A stretch of DNA of 64,000 nucleotides from an uncultured Gammaproteobacteria bacterium (lineage in GTDB: Bacteria; Patescibacteriota; Microgenomatia; Levybacterales; UBA12049). The DNA lies in the NCBI GenBank assembly GCA_964490105.1, contig CAZAZU010000001.1, positions 646,245 through 710,244 of the forward strand, written 5' to 3'. Position 1 is the stretch's first letter, and every line of letters starts with the position of its first letter. Made by a program: the position numbers and the translations under genes. Shown piece after piece: positions 52,658-63,612 of the stretch. Below the pieces are notes generated by a model. It saw only the letters and a program-made list of their open reading frames with translations, ran no database searches and had not been told where the DNA came from.

Positions 52658-54568
52658 CTAGTTTACTACTTCGCCTTCGACTGGCTCATCAGGATTCGCT
52701 TTTTTCTCTTCTTCCTTTGGAGCTTCTGCATTAGTTGAATCAGAAGCGTCTTCCGCTGCTGGAGCTTCAGGATTCTGACTTTGATTCATTTGCTGTCCTA
52801 TTTTCTGAAGGCTTTCTGATAATTCATTTGTTTTTGCTTCAATCTCTTCTTTATTCTCAGAGTTCAAAACATCTTTTAAGGCTTTGATCTTATCTTCAAC
52901 TTCAGTCTTTAGCTCTGCGGGAACTTTATCTCCAGCGTCTTTAAGACTTTTTTCAGCTGTAAAGATAAGTGAATCAGCCTGATTTTTAGCCTCAACCATT
53001 GCTTTTTTCTCTTCGTCTTCTTTAGCATGAGCCTCAGCGTCTTTTGTCATCTTATCGATTTCTTCATCTGTCAAACCCGTAGAACCGGTTATTTTAATGC
53101 TCTGTTCTTTTCCGGAAGCCTTATCTTGTGCTTTTACATTTAATATTCCTGAAGCATCTATATCGAAAGTAACTTCTATTTGTGGTACTCCACGAGGAGC
53201 TGGTGGAATTCCATCAAGAATGAAACGTCCTAAAGACTTATTATCTGCGGCCATTGCGCGCTCTCCCTGAAGAACATTAATTTCCACTTGAGTCTGATTG
53301 TCTGCAGCAGTTGAGAAAACTTGAGATTTAGAAGTAGGGATTGTTGTATTTTTTGAAATAAGCGGAGTTGAAACTGATCCTAAAGTCTCAATTCCAAGAG
53401 TAAGCGGAGTAACATCCAAAAGTAAAACGTCTTTTACTTCTCCGCCTAGTACTCCAGCTTGAACAGCAGCTCCAACGGCTACAACCTCATCAGGATTTAC
53501 TGACTTATTTGGCTCTTTTCCAAAGAATTTGGTCACTACTTCAACAATCTTTGGCATTCTAGTCATTCCTCCGACCAGAACTATTTCATCAATTTCATTT
53601 ATTTTTACTTTTGCATCTTTTAGAGCCTGCTCTACTGGCTTTAAAGTCTTTTGAACTAACGGATCTACTATCTGCTCAAGCTTTGCGCGAGTAAGAGTCA
53701 TAGTGAGATGAAGCGGACCATTTTCACCCTGTGTAATAAATGGCTGGTTAATTTGAGCTTCTTGAGATGTAGATAATTCAATCTTAGCTTTTTCTGCTGA
53801 TTCTCTAAGACGCTGCAGCGCTTGTGGGTCTTTTTTAAGATCTACATTATTCTCTTTTTTAAATTCTTCAGCTAAGTAGTCAATAATTGCCTGGTCAAAA
53901 TCGTCTCCTCCAAGGTGAGTATCTCCATTTGTAGACTTAACTTCATATACTCCTTCTCCTAGTTCAAGAATTGAGATATCAAAAGTTCCTCCTCCGAAAT
54001 CATAGACGGCAATAGTATGTGCGTTTTTCTTATCAAGTCCATATGCAAGGGCTGCAGCGGTTGGCTCATTAATAATACGCAGTACTTCAAGGCCTGCGAT
54101 TTCTCCTGCCTGTTTCGTAGCTTGACGCTGGGAATCATCAAAGTAAGCTGGCACTGTAATTACAGCCTGCGTTACTTTATCTCCAAGATATGCTTCTGCA
54201 TCAGCTTTTATTTTCTGAAGAATCATAGCGCTTACTTCCTGCGGAGTTAAAGTTTTTCCATCAACTTCAACTGTAGCCATTCCTTCTCTTCCTTCTTTAA
54301 TGGTGTATGGAAGCCATTTAGAATCAAACTGAACACTCTCATCCTTAAACTTCTTACCCATAAGTCTTTTAATAGAAAAGATGGTGTTCTTTGGTTTTAG
54401 AACTAGCTGACGTTTTGCAACATCTCCCACAACGTGACTTACTGGATCCACAACTGAAGGAATAGTGTTACGTCCTTCTCTTGAGTGAATCACTTTTGGT
54501 GCTCCACCTTCCATTACGGCTACACATGAATTTGTTGTACCTAAATCAATTCCAATTATTTTTGCCAT
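52658..54568 (-). CDS. dnaK: Chaperone DnaK (Hsp70)
   Basis: 636 aa. [18 protein letters not shown]. Confidence 0.97.
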   Translation of the reverse strand: MAKIIGIDLGTTNSCVAVMEGGAPKVIHSREGRNTIPSVVDPVSHVVGDVAKRQLVLKPKNTIFSIKRLMGKKFKDESVQFDSKWLPYTIKEGREGMATVEVDGKTLTPQEVSAMILQKIKADAEAYLGDKVTQAVITVPAYFDDSQRQATKQAGEIAGLEVLRIINEPTAAALAYGLDKKNAHTIAVYDFGGGTFDISILELGEGVYEVKSTNGDTHLGGDDFDQAIIDYLAEEFKKENNVDLKKDPQALQRLRESAEKAKIELSTSQEAQINQPFITQGENGPLHLTMTLTRAKLEQIVDPLVQKTLKPVEQALKDAKVKINEIDEIVLVGGMTRMPKIVEVVTKFFGKEPNKSVNPDEVVAVGAAVQAGVLGGEVKDVLLLDVTPLTLGIETLGSVSTPLISKNTTIPTSKSQVFSTAADNQTQVEINVLQGERAMAADNKSLGRFILDGIPPAPRGVPQIEVTFDIDASGILNVKAQDKASGKEQSIKITGSTGLTDEEIDKMTKDAEAHAKEDEEKKAMVEAKNQADSLIFTAEKSLKDAGDKVPAELKTEVEDKIKALKDVLNSENKEEIEAKTNELSESLQKIGQQMNQSQNPEAPAAEDASDSTNAEAPKEEEKKANPDEPVEGEVVN

Positions 54569-54651
54569 AGTTTAAAAATATTTATTATTTATAATTTACT
54601 ATTTATTATTTACGACTATCAAATGATCAATCATAAATGATAAATGGTCAA

Positions 54652-55149
54652 TTAGTTTCTTTGCTTTACAGAACCTCCTACTATAACCTGAGCAGGCCTA
54701 AGAACTGTATCGTTTATTTTAAATCCAGCTCTTACCTCTTCAAGTATTTTATCTTCTGTTCCTTCTTGCACCGAAACACATTCCATCAGATTTGGATCGA
54801 AATCTCTGCCCGCGGTTTCGATCCTTTGAACTCCTTCTTCTGAAAGAGCGTCTAAAAATTTCTGTATAGAAAGATTTAAACCATCATTCTGAATATGTTT
54901 CTGTGCAAGAAATAGATTATCTAAAACTGGTAAAAGTTTCAAGATCAAATCTTTATTTGATGCCATTATCCATGCACTTTTTTCTTCTGTTATCCGTCTT
55001 TCAAGATTTTGATAATCAGCAAGTGCTCTTTTTAATTGATTTTCAAGGTTCTTTAACTGTTCGTCGTTTTCTACGACTTGCTCTTCAATTATTTCTTCTT
55101 CATTTGAATTCTGATTTGCAGAATCATTTTTCTTTGCCATCTTTACCAT
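54652..55149 (-). CDS. grpE: Nucleotide exchange factor GrpE
   Basis: 165 aa. Coiled-coil N-terminus and GrpE C-terminal domain. 7-nt overlap with hrcA. Confidence 0.9.
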   Translation of the reverse strand: MVKMAKKNDSANQNSNEEEIIEEQVVENDEQLKNLENQLKRALADYQNLERRITEEKSAWIMASNKDLILKLLPVLDNLFLAQKHIQNDGLNLSIQKFLDALSEEGVQRIETAGRDFDPNLMECVSVQEGTEDKILEEVRAGFKINDTVLRPAQVIVGGSVKQRN

Positions 55150-55874
55150 CCCTTCGCAACTTCTTCAATTAAATTTCCAAAATACCTAACTGTCGGCACA
55201 ACCTGAGTATAGTTTAACCTGGTCGGGCCAATTACTCCGATTTCTCCTCCGCCATGTTCCTGCGTTGTATACTTTTTAAACACAAATCCATATGGACCTG
55301 CCAATCTTGGACCAAGATCCTCTCCCATAAGAACTTGAATTTCATTGTCCTCCCCAGCAGCTGCAAAAAGCGTTCTTATGCATTCAAATTCATCTATCGC
55401 TGAAAGCAAAGTTTTCGTTATATCTATATCGAAAAACTCTGGCATCTCTAATAAATTTGCATACCCTGAGATGAAATATTCTCCTGAATCTGTTGCTGCA
55501 ATTGCGATTGTTCCTGTTTTATTTGCAAGCGCACGGGTTACTTCTTTAAGAAACTCAGTTTCTTTATTTCTTATGTCCCAAACCTTCTCTTTCATCGAAA
55601 CTTCTTCTGCAACAGAAAGATCCTTTTCTTTCATAAGCTGCTTAACATAAAATTTCATAGCAGCTGGAGTGGGAACTCTTCCTGAAGAAATGTGAGTCTT
55701 TTTCAAGTAACCGTAATCGGTTAATCTCACCATTTCATTTCTGATTGTTGCAGGCGAAGCTGAGAGAGAATGTTTCTTCTCAAGAGTCTCAGAGCCTACT
55801 GGTTCTGCCGTTTCAATGTACTCCTCAATTAGAGACTTTAAAATCTCTATTTGACGTTGTGTCAAATCATGCAT
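55143..55874 (-). CDS. hrcA: Heat-inducible transcription repressor HrcA
   Basis: 243 aa. N-terminal wHTH LTQRQIEILKSLIEEYIETAEPVGSETL. Short form. Confidence 0.85.
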   Translation of the reverse strand: MHDLTQRQIEILKSLIEEYIETAEPVGSETLEKKHSLSASPATIRNEMVRLTDYGYLKKTHISSGRVPTPAAMKFYVKQLMKEKDLSVAEEVSMKEKVWDIRNKETEFLKEVTRALANKTGTIAIAATDSGEYFISGYANLLEMPEFFDIDITKTLLSAIDEFECIRTLFAAAGEDNEIQVLMGEDLGPRLAGPYGFVFKKYTTQEHGGGEIGVIGPTRLNYTQVVPTVRYFGNLIEEVAKGW

Positions 55875-55892
55875 AACTTGTAAAAATCTAGA

Positions 55893-55919
55893 TTAGCAGT
55901 AATATAGCACGTCTGCTAA
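55893..55919. promoter_or_regulatory. CIRCE-like inverted repeat (TTAGCAGTA-N9-GTCTGCTAA) upstream of hrcA-grpE-dnaK
   Basis: Matches the CIRCE consensus TTAGCACTC-N9-GAGTGCTAA at the TTAGCA/TGCTAA cores with 9-nt spacer. 18 nt upstream of the hrcA start. Confidence 0.55.
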
Positions 55920-55920
55920 T

Positions 55921-56235
55921 TCATGTCAAGAGGTTTAATGCAATTTGTAATAATCCTAGAAAAAAAGGCAACAGAATCACCGCGGCATTTAATATGACTA
56001 GTATTATGGTAATCTTTATTTTTTTATCTTTAGTGTTTGTAAAATATAAAATAAATGAGCACAAAAATGCACTCACTAATGTAGCGCTAGAGATCCAAAT
56101 GACTAAACCTGTAAAAAACGTAGATAAACTACCCGAATTACCTAACTGTTGAAATAACAAATATGAAGAGAGGAATGATAAAAATACTGTCAAAATTATT
56201 ACAGCAGTGTTAATTAAAATATTTTGGAAAATCAT
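55921..56235 (-). CDS. Small multi-TM membrane protein
   Basis: 104 aa hydrophobic ORF. Confidence 0.4.
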   Translation of the reverse strand: MIFQNILINTAVIILTVFLSFLSSYLLFQQLGNSGSLSTFFTGLVIWISSATLVSAFLCSFILYFTNTKDKKIKITIILVILNAAVILLPFFLGLLQIALNLLT

Positions 56236-56300
56236 AGCCGCGTTATGTAAATAGTTACAAATGCTAAGGTTAAAGTCAATTTCTTGCTATACTAAGTCTT

Positions 56301-56675
56301 GTGGAGAATTTAGCAAAGACAAGAAAAAAAGTACGCCCTATTGCCAGAAAAAGACATAACTATATTTATTTGCTAATCTCGGTTTTACTAGGAATAATAA
56401 TTTCATATTTATTTGTAAATTTTTCCCCTTTCCATAAATTTCAAATTTCAAATTTATCACTCCCTATTCTTCCTGTCTTCTTTGCATCTCTTGGACTTCT
56501 AATTTTTTCACTATCTACTTTTATATTTATAGGAAAACAACATGGTGTAATAATTACCCTAATAATTCTTGGATATTTACTAATGCGCTTAATCGGTCTC
56601 ACCCACTGGATATTTTTAATCCTATCAATCGCATTATTAATTACAATCGAACTTTTTATTATTAAGAAAAAATAG
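56301..56675 (+). CDS. Small multi-TM membrane protein
   Basis: 124 aa hydrophobic ORF with basic N-terminus. Confidence 0.4.
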   Translation: MENLAKTRKKVRPIARKRHNYIYLLISVLLGIIISYLFVNFSPFHKFQISNLSLPILPVFFASLGLLIFSLSTFIFIGKQHGVIITLIILGYLLMRLIGLTHWIFLILSIALLITIELFIIKKK

Positions 56676-56701
56676 CCTCCTCTGATATAATCAAACCTAA
56701 G

Positions 56702-58117
56702 ATGAATAAATTTTATATTACAACAGCGATTCCGTATGTAAATGGAAAACCCCACATAGGCCATGCTCTTGAATATTTCCAAGCAGACGTAATTCGCAAT
56801 TATCATAAATTACTTGGTGAAGAAACTTTGCTTCTTTCTGGCGCAGATGAAAACGCTTTAAAAAATGTTCAAAAAGCTGAAGAGGAAAATGTTCCAGTTC
56901 AAGAATTTCTAGACAGAAACTCAAAGATTTTTGAAGACTCTTATGCAAAACTCGGAGTAAAACTTGATGTTTTCGAAAGAGGAAGTGACCCCCTTCATCA
57001 TTTCCCTGGTGTTCAAAAACTTTGGGAACTTTGTAACAAAAATGGAGATATTTATAAAAAATCTTATACTGGTCTTTATTGTGTCGGATGCGAAAGTTTT
57101 AAAACAGAAAAAGAATTAACTGACGGAAAATGTCAGGATCATCAAAAAGCTCCGGAAAAAGTAACTGAGGAAAATTATTTCTTTAAATTATCAAATTACC
57201 AAGAAAACCTTTTAAAACTGATTGAAAGTGACGAACTTAAAATTGTGCCAATCAGCAAAAGAAATGAAATTTTGTCTTTTATAAAACAGGGGCTCGAGGA
57301 CTTCAGTATTTCTAGAAGCAAAGATAGAGCTAAGGGAGTTGGAGTTCCAGTGCCCGGTGATGAAACCCAAGTTATGTATGTTTGGTTTGACGCTTTAGCA
57401 ATTTATATCACAGGAATCGGATATGGCGTGGATCAAACTATGTTTGAAAAATGGTGGCCAGCTGATGTTCATGTAATTGGAAAAGATATAAATAGATTTC
57501 ATACTGTTTATTGGCCTGCGATGCTTTTATCAGCAAGACTACCTACCCCTAAAACAGTATTAGTTCATGGATTTGTACAAAGTGGCGGAGAAAAAATGTC
57601 TAAATCTTTAGGAAATGTTATTGATCCTTTCGAGATAGCTGATAAATACGGCCTAGAACCATTTAGATATTACATGCTCTCTCAAATCCCAACAACTGAT
57701 GACGGAGATTTTACAATTGAAAGATTTATAGAGGTTTATAATTCAGATCTTGCGAATGGACTTGGAAACCTAGTAGCAAGAGTTGCAAGACTTTGTGAAA
57801 AAGTAGAATTAGATAAAATCCCGGAATCAAACTTAAGCGAAGAGTACAAATCAAAATTTGAAGAATATAAATTTCATGAATTTATAGGAAATATTTGGGG
57901 AAGAATTTCAGAAATTGATCAGGAGATTGAAAGAGAACAGCCTTGGAAAATTGAAGACTTAGAAAAACTTAAAACCTTATTACAAAATTGGGCGGAAAGA
58001 ATAAATCAAATTGCATTTGAGCTAAAACCCTTCTTACCAGAAACCTCAGAAAAAATTCAAAATATTTTTAATGAATCAAAAGTTAAATCTACTTCCCCGC
58101 TTTTTCCGAGAATTTAA
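56702..58117 (+). CDS. metG: Methionine--tRNA ligase (short form)
   Basis: 471 aa. HIGHALEYF, zinc knuckle CVGCESF...CQDH, KMSKSLGN. Confidence 0.9.
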   Translation: MNKFYITTAIPYVNGKPHIGHALEYFQADVIRNYHKLLGEETLLLSGADENALKNVQKAEEENVPVQEFLDRNSKIFEDSYAKLGVKLDVFERGSDPLHHFPGVQKLWELCNKNGDIYKKSYTGLYCVGCESFKTEKELTDGKCQDHQKAPEKVTEENYFFKLSNYQENLLKLIESDELKIVPISKRNEILSFIKQGLEDFSISRSKDRAKGVGVPVPGDETQVMYVWFDALAIYITGIGYGVDQTMFEKWWPADVHVIGKDINRFHTVYWPAMLLSARLPTPKTVLVHGFVQSGGEKMSKSLGNVIDPFEIADKYGLEPFRYYMLSQIPTTDDGDFTIERFIEVYNSDLANGLGNLVARVARLCEKVELDKIPESNLSEEYKSKFEEYKFHEFIGNIWGRISEIDQEIEREQPWKIEDLEKLKTLLQNWAERINQIAFELKPFLPETSEKIQNIFNESKVKSTSPLFPRI

Positions 58118-59568
58118 AAAGGCTTCTTCTCAACTGTATAAATTCTAGAAGTACCGAACTGTTTATATATTTTTATAGTTCCATCTTTTTCCATATTTGA
58201 TAGTCCTGCAAGAAAATCTTCTCTTACTGCTAAAAGATTAAGAATATTCCACTCTGGTGCAGTGTCCACTAATAAATATTGCGGCTCTCCTGCCCACTTA
58301 AACCATTCGCAAACAGGTCTTCCGCAAGGAGAATTTTTTTTAAATTCTTTTTTCTCTCCCCACATCGTAATAACAAATTTTCTATTTGACACATGCGGAG
58401 AAATATTTGTTTGAGTAACTATATAAGCGTCTTTTGGAATTTCATCAATTGCCAATTTTATATTTTTTACTCCAGATGGCTCTGTCCAAAACCAGTTCTT
58501 AGATAGATATGTTAACGGTGCATGAAGCAAATATGTGGTTATTGCTGCGAAGAAAAAAATGTAAATCGCTATATATTTAGTATTTAATTTTTTATATTTT
58601 CCAATTATTAAAATCGTAGGCCATACTAATAGTATCGCTGAGGTAACTCTATAATGACCGAACAAACCTTGCGCTGATGTAACCCTTTCGTTTCCCAAAA
58701 CAAAATAATGACCTAAGTCTGCGAAAAATGGAATTAGAAAAAATGGATTTAAAAAACTAATAAATCCATTTGAAATAAATGAATAAAAGAATACATCTCT
58801 TTTTTCAGGAGTATTGAAAAACTCTCGTAAATCTATTCCTGATAGTAAACCGCTATCTCCCGCATAAGTATAACCCCATGTAAAATTTGGATAATAAATA
58901 AAAAATAATACAAAAATATAAATAAAAGAAATCAGCATAATAACTAAATTAATTTTTTTCTTAGTTAAAATTAGATAAACAAACGAAACAAAAAACGTTA
59001 TGAACCCCATATCCTCTTTACTGGTCAATGCTAATAAGAAAAATAAAAATGACAGTTTAATTTTTCCAATATCAAGAAGATAAATAAAAATTGCCAGAAA
59101 GCTCACTCCAAAAACCAGACTATGAACATCAGACCAAAGCGCAAACTGCACACCATAAAAAGTGAAGTATGAAAAAAGAAGAGAAAAAGAAATTAACGTG
59201 TTGAGTTTATATTTCCTGGTTAATAAGAATACAAAAAAACCTGAGACAGAAAAAACTAAAGCCTGCAGAATTATTAGAGTTCTAGCGTCAGGCAGTATCC
59301 AATAAAAGGGCGCTATTAAAATATAGATAAATTCAATATGATCAAAAAAAGCTGGCATAAAAGGATAAGCATGCCCTGTCATTACTGGCGGAATAAATCT
59401 GCTATATTCCCAAGCAATTTGATTTACTAAAGAAAGATCGTATCCAGTAAGAAAATGTGCATGCTTTACGAGACCAAGAGTAAGATAAGCTAGGAGAAAT
59501 ACTAAACAAAAAGCTGCTGCAAAGTAATATTCTTTATTCTTTTTGAAACTTCTAATAAGCTTCTGCAC
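58114..59568 (-). CDS. Polytopic membrane protein (DUF2079-like / glycosyltransferase-like)
   Basis: 484 aa with more than 10 predicted TM helices. 4-nt overlap with metG end. Family assignment uncertain. Confidence 0.55.
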   Translation of the reverse strand: MQKLIRSFKKNKEYYFAAAFCLVFLLAYLTLGLVKHAHFLTGYDLSLVNQIAWEYSRFIPPVMTGHAYPFMPAFFDHIEFIYILIAPFYWILPDARTLIILQALVFSVSGFFVFLLTRKYKLNTLISFSLLFSYFTFYGVQFALWSDVHSLVFGVSFLAIFIYLLDIGKIKLSFLFFLLALTSKEDMGFITFFVSFVYLILTKKKINLVIMLISFIYIFVLFFIYYPNFTWGYTYAGDSGLLSGIDLREFFNTPEKRDVFFYSFISNGFISFLNPFFLIPFFADLGHYFVLGNERVTSAQGLFGHYRVTSAILLVWPTILIIGKYKKLNTKYIAIYIFFFAAITTYLLHAPLTYLSKNWFWTEPSGVKNIKLAIDEIPKDAYIVTQTNISPHVSNRKFVITMWGEKKEFKKNSPCGRPVCEWFKWAGEPQYLLVDTAPEWNILNLLAVREDFLAGLSNMEKDGTIKIYKQFGTSRIYTVEKKPF

Positions 59569-59845
59569 AGAATTATTATAGACTATTATGGTAATTTATT
59601 TAGAAACTGATTTTAAACTTATGGAGTAGATACACCGAGGACTGCTTGACCTACTGAAGAATAAAGTAAAAATGCTCCGATTAATACTCCGACCATTCCT
59701 GCAAGCATAGTAAATAATACTACACCCATAATATTTTGATCTGTGTAGAGCTTAAAGTGCTTATATTGTGCTTTTCTTTTTGCCATTAATTATATTAAGC
59801 AACAATCTTAAGACTTTGTCAAGAAGAAATTATATAATTAGTATT

Positions 59846-60652
59846 ATGGTAGATGTACACTGTCATCTTAACTTTAAATCCTTCAGGGAAGATTTCGATA
59901 AAGTCATAAAACAAGCCAAAGAAGAAGGCGTGGAAATAATAATCAATACAGGCACGAGTCTTGAATCCAGCAAACGGGCTGTTGAGTTAGCGAATGAGTA
60001 TGAAAACCTATATGCAATAGTTGGAATTCACCCTCATCATGCAGATAAAGTTAGTCCCGGTTGGGATAAAGAGCTTGAAAAAATAGCGACATCATCTAAT
60101 AAAATTGTGGGAATTGGTGAAATAGGGCTAGACTATTATTCATATGCATCAAATGGAATCGTTGAGCCCAAACTTCAAAAAGAAGTTTTTATAAAACAGC
60201 TAGAACTTGCTCATAAACTTAAGCTTCCCCTTCAAATTCATAACCGCCAAGCTGGAAACGATATTCTAGAAATTCTAAACACGCATTCTTCTTTAATAAA
60301 TCAGAATAAACCAGGAATGTTTCATTGCATGTCAGGAAACGTTGAATTTTTACAAAAAGTTCTTATGCTAGGTTTCCTTGTAGGCTTTGACGGAAATATA
60401 ACATATGAAGGAATTGCCAAAGGCGAGGATACTGCTCTTTCTGAGTTAGTAAAGAATTCTCCATTAGAGAAAATAGTAACTGAAACAGATTCACCTTATT
60501 TAACTCCCCAGCCTCATAGACATAGTCGCAACATTCCTTCCTATGTTATAATTATCGCAGCAGAAATAGGTAAAATAAAAGGCATTGATTCCAAAGAAGT
60601 TGAGGCTAAAACTTCAGAAAACGCAAAAAACTTATTCAACCTGACGTCCTAG
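59846..60652 (+). CDS. tatD: TatD family metal-dependent hydrolase/DNase
   Basis: ORF track starts at 59768. Conserved start MVDVHCHL (ATG 59846). IGEIGLDY, later His/Asp/Glu metal ligands. Confidence 0.85.
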   Translation: MVDVHCHLNFKSFREDFDKVIKQAKEEGVEIIINTGTSLESSKRAVELANEYENLYAIVGIHPHHADKVSPGWDKELEKIATSSNKIVGIGEIGLDYYSYASNGIVEPKLQKEVFIKQLELAHKLKLPLQIHNRQAGNDILEILNTHSSLINQNKPGMFHCMSGNVEFLQKVLMLGFLVGFDGNITYEGIAKGEDTALSELVKNSPLEKIVTETDSPYLTPQPHRHSRNIPSYVIIIAAEIGKIKGIDSKEVEAKTSENAKNLFNLTS

Positions 60653-60664
60653 ATCAAACCAGAT

Positions 60665-62158
60665 ATGACTGAATTCTTTAATAAAATTTTTACTCGCTAT
60701 CCCATTAAAACTCACAGGTCATTATCTGCTCTTCCGGGAATAACCTCTTGGACATTAATACTTTTCCCAGTCTGGGGATCAATTTTTGTTCCATATTTAG
60801 TTGCATATTTTATCCTTTTCTTTGATGTTTATTGGTTCTACCGATCTTTTTCTTTAATGTTCACAGCTTACCTAGGCTCAAAGAAAATTAAAGAAGCAGA
60901 ACTAAAAAACTGGCTCGAAAAAGGAGAAAAATTAGAAAATTTTGAAAAAGTTAACCATATAGTAATAATCCCTAACTATAAAGAAACTGAGGAAAAACTA
61001 CGAAGAATTGTGGGAACCATTGCAGCTCAAACTTTCCCTTCAAAAAGAATTTATGTAGTTTTAGCTATGGAAAAAAGAGAAGACTCAGCCTACAAGAAAG
61101 CCTCGAGAATTATAAAAGATTTTGAAAATGTATTTGGGGGAATTTATGCCACATATCATCCTGATATTCCAGGAGAAGTAAAAGGAAAATCATCAAATGA
61201 ATCGTTTGCCGCCAAAGAAATTAATAAGATTTTAATTGACACAAATATTATTGATGTAAATTATACGACAGTCACCACTGCTGATGCTGACTCTATGTTT
61301 GACAGACAGTATTTTGCATACTTGGCTTTTGACTTCTTAAAAGAGGAAAAAAGATACAACAGATTCTGGCAATCAGCAAACGTAGATCACAATAATTTCT
61401 GGAGCGTTCCAGCAGCAAGTCGAGTTTTCTCATTCTTCTCAAGTCTTCACAGAACCGGTCTATTGGTTCAGGGAGACAGATTAATAGCAACTTCCACTTA
61501 TTCACTTTCCTTTTTACTATTAAAACGTATCGGATATTGGGATACAGACGTAATTCCTGAGGATTACAGAGTTTTCTTTAAAGCTTTTTTCATGATGAAA
61601 GGAGATATCTCAGCAAACCCAATTTTCCTAAAGACTTCTATGGACTCTCCGCTCTCCCCGACTTACATAGGAAGTCTTAAAAATAAATACTCTCAAATAA
61701 GACGCTGGAGCTACGGCGCATCTGATGATCCGTTATTTATAAAATGGTGGTTCACTGTTCCAGGTGTTCCATTTGTTAGAAAAACAAAAATTCTTTTTCA
61801 TGTTTTATTAGATCATTTTCTTTGGCCAGCAAATTGGTTTATATTAACAATTGCAACAAGTGTAATTACTTTAGTAAATCCTGAATTCTCTAGAACCTCA
61901 CTTGGATACAGTCTTCCAATTATGGCTCGAATAATTCTTACCTCTTCGCTCATAGCGTTAGTCGTAATGGTAGTAATTGATTACAGAAACAGACCAAAAC
62001 ATCTAAGCAAATCTCGAACTCGCGAACTACTTTTCCCTCTAGAATTTATCCTCATGCCAATCGCAGGATTTTTCCTAAATTCTTTGCCTGCAATAATCTC
62101 TCATACTCAACTAATGTTAGGACGAAAAATGGAATATAAAGTTACTGAAAAATTATGA
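60665..62158 (+). CDS. Membrane-bound family 2 glycosyltransferase (cellulose-synthase-like)
   Basis: 497 aa. N-terminal TMs. GT-A core VIIPNYKETEE, DxD TTADADS, QxxRW-like QIRRWSYG. C-terminal TMs. Confidence 0.7.
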   Translation: MTEFFNKIFTRYPIKTHRSLSALPGITSWTLILFPVWGSIFVPYLVAYFILFFDVYWFYRSFSLMFTAYLGSKKIKEAELKNWLEKGEKLENFEKVNHIVIIPNYKETEEKLRRIVGTIAAQTFPSKRIYVVLAMEKREDSAYKKASRIIKDFENVFGGIYATYHPDIPGEVKGKSSNESFAAKEINKILIDTNIIDVNYTTVTTADADSMFDRQYFAYLAFDFLKEEKRYNRFWQSANVDHNNFWSVPAASRVFSFFSSLHRTGLLVQGDRLIATSTYSLSFLLLKRIGYWDTDVIPEDYRVFFKAFFMMKGDISANPIFLKTSMDSPLSPTYIGSLKNKYSQIRRWSYGASDDPLFIKWWFTVPGVPFVRKTKILFHVLLDHFLWPANWFILTIATSVITLVNPEFSRTSLGYSLPIMARIILTSSLIALVVMVVIDYRNRPKHLSKSRTRELLFPLEFILMPIAGFFLNSLPAIISHTQLMLGRKMEYKVTEKL

Positions 62159-63612
62159 AACTTTTTTCGCGTCTAGAAAAAAGCAAATCGTTTTGGTTTT
62201 TATTAATAATTTCCGTAGTCTTCTTTTTTCTTCGCTGGCCAAGCCTCTTTGAACCCTACTGGTACGGTGATGAGGGAATCTATCAGGCAGTCGGTATGTT
62301 AATTAACAGCGATGAATCTCTGTATATAGGTGCATGGGATAACAAGCCTCCGCTTCTTTATGTACTCTATGCCCTTTTTAATTCTGATCAATTTGCGTTA
62401 AGAACGCTCTCGTTATTCTTTGGACTCTTCTCAGTATGGGCATTTTATTTTACAGTAAAAAGATTACTTCCAAAATCTAAATATGGCGCAACTATTTCAA
62501 CCTCTCTTTATGCATTCGCATTTGGAACAAGATTAATTGAAGGAAATATCGCAAATGCAGAAAATTTCATGCTTTTACCAATTCTGACATCAGCATACTT
62601 AATCATATCCGGAGACTATATTAAAAAAGCATGGCATTTTAGATTTCATTTGTTATCTGGTTTTTTCATGAGTATCGCTTTCTTAACAAAAATTGTCGCT
62701 ATTTTTGATTTTATGGCTTTATTATTTTTTATCTTAATAGATCATGAAAAAGATTTAAAAGATAAATTTGGGAATAGAGCCTTACCATTCATATTAGGAT
62801 TCGTTGTTCCGGTAATTTCAATATTGGGTTATTTTTTCCTTACTAATAATTTTAAAGATGCAATAAATGGTTTTCTTTTTAGCAATGTTGGGTACGTCGG
62901 ATACGGAAACGAATTTATAATTCCTCAGGGACTTCTATATATTAAAGCAGGACTTCTTGCGGCATTTTTAATATTTATTTTCTGGAAAAAGAAAAATATT
63001 CCCAGGAACGTTTTATTTGCTTCCGTTTGGTTCGCGTTCTCACTTTTTAGCGCCTTTTTTGCACAGCGTCCATACACCCACTATTTAATAATGCTTCTAC
63101 CAAGCTTTTGCTTGATGGTGGGAACAATTATAGAAGAAAAGAAAACAAGAATCTTATTAATATTTTTTTTAGTAGCAGGATATTTAGCAATAATAAATAC
63201 TTTTAATTTAAAAGGGAAAATCATCCAGCATTATACAAATATAATTGCATTCTGCAGCGATAAAAAAGATCTCTCATCCTACCAAGCATTTTTTGATGGA
63301 AATACTCCCAGAGATTACGAGCTTGCAGCATACATTAAGGCAAATACATCCAAAGATGAGTTAATTTTTATCTGGGGAAATAATGCACAAGTTTATAAAC
63401 TAGCAGAAAAAACTCCCATCATGCGCTATACTGTCGCATATCATATTACAAATTACCCGACGGGATTATCTGAAATGGAAAACGCTATTAGAACTAAATC
63501 GCCAAAATTAATTATCGTTATGCCAAATGTTCCAGAGTTCCCAATGAAGCTCACAAACTATGAAGAAAAAATTGACATAAGAGGAGTAAAAATTTATGAG
63601 AAAGTATTTTAA
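62155..63612 (+). CDS. GT39/GT83-like (PMT/ArnT-type) polytopic glycosyltransferase
   Basis: 485 aa. First-loop DE motif YWYGDEGIYQ. More than 10 TMs. 4-nt overlap with the upstream GT2. Confidence 0.55.
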   Translation: MKLFSRLEKSKSFWFLLIISVVFFFLRWPSLFEPYWYGDEGIYQAVGMLINSDESLYIGAWDNKPPLLYVLYALFNSDQFALRTLSLFFGLFSVWAFYFTVKRLLPKSKYGATISTSLYAFAFGTRLIEGNIANAENFMLLPILTSAYLIISGDYIKKAWHFRFHLLSGFFMSIAFLTKIVAIFDFMALLFFILIDHEKDLKDKFGNRALPFILGFVVPVISILGYFFLTNNFKDAINGFLFSNVGYVGYGNEFIIPQGLLYIKAGLLAAFLIFIFWKKKNIPRNVLFASVWFAFSLFSAFFAQRPYTHYLIMLLPSFCLMVGTIIEEKKTRILLIFFLVAGYLAIINTFNLKGKIIQHYTNIIAFCSDKKDLSSYQAFFDGNTPRDYELAAYIKANTSKDELIFIWGNNAQVYKLAEKTPIMRYTVAYHITNYPTGLSEMENAIRTKSPKLIIVMPNVPEFPMKLTNYEEKIDIRGVKIYEKVF

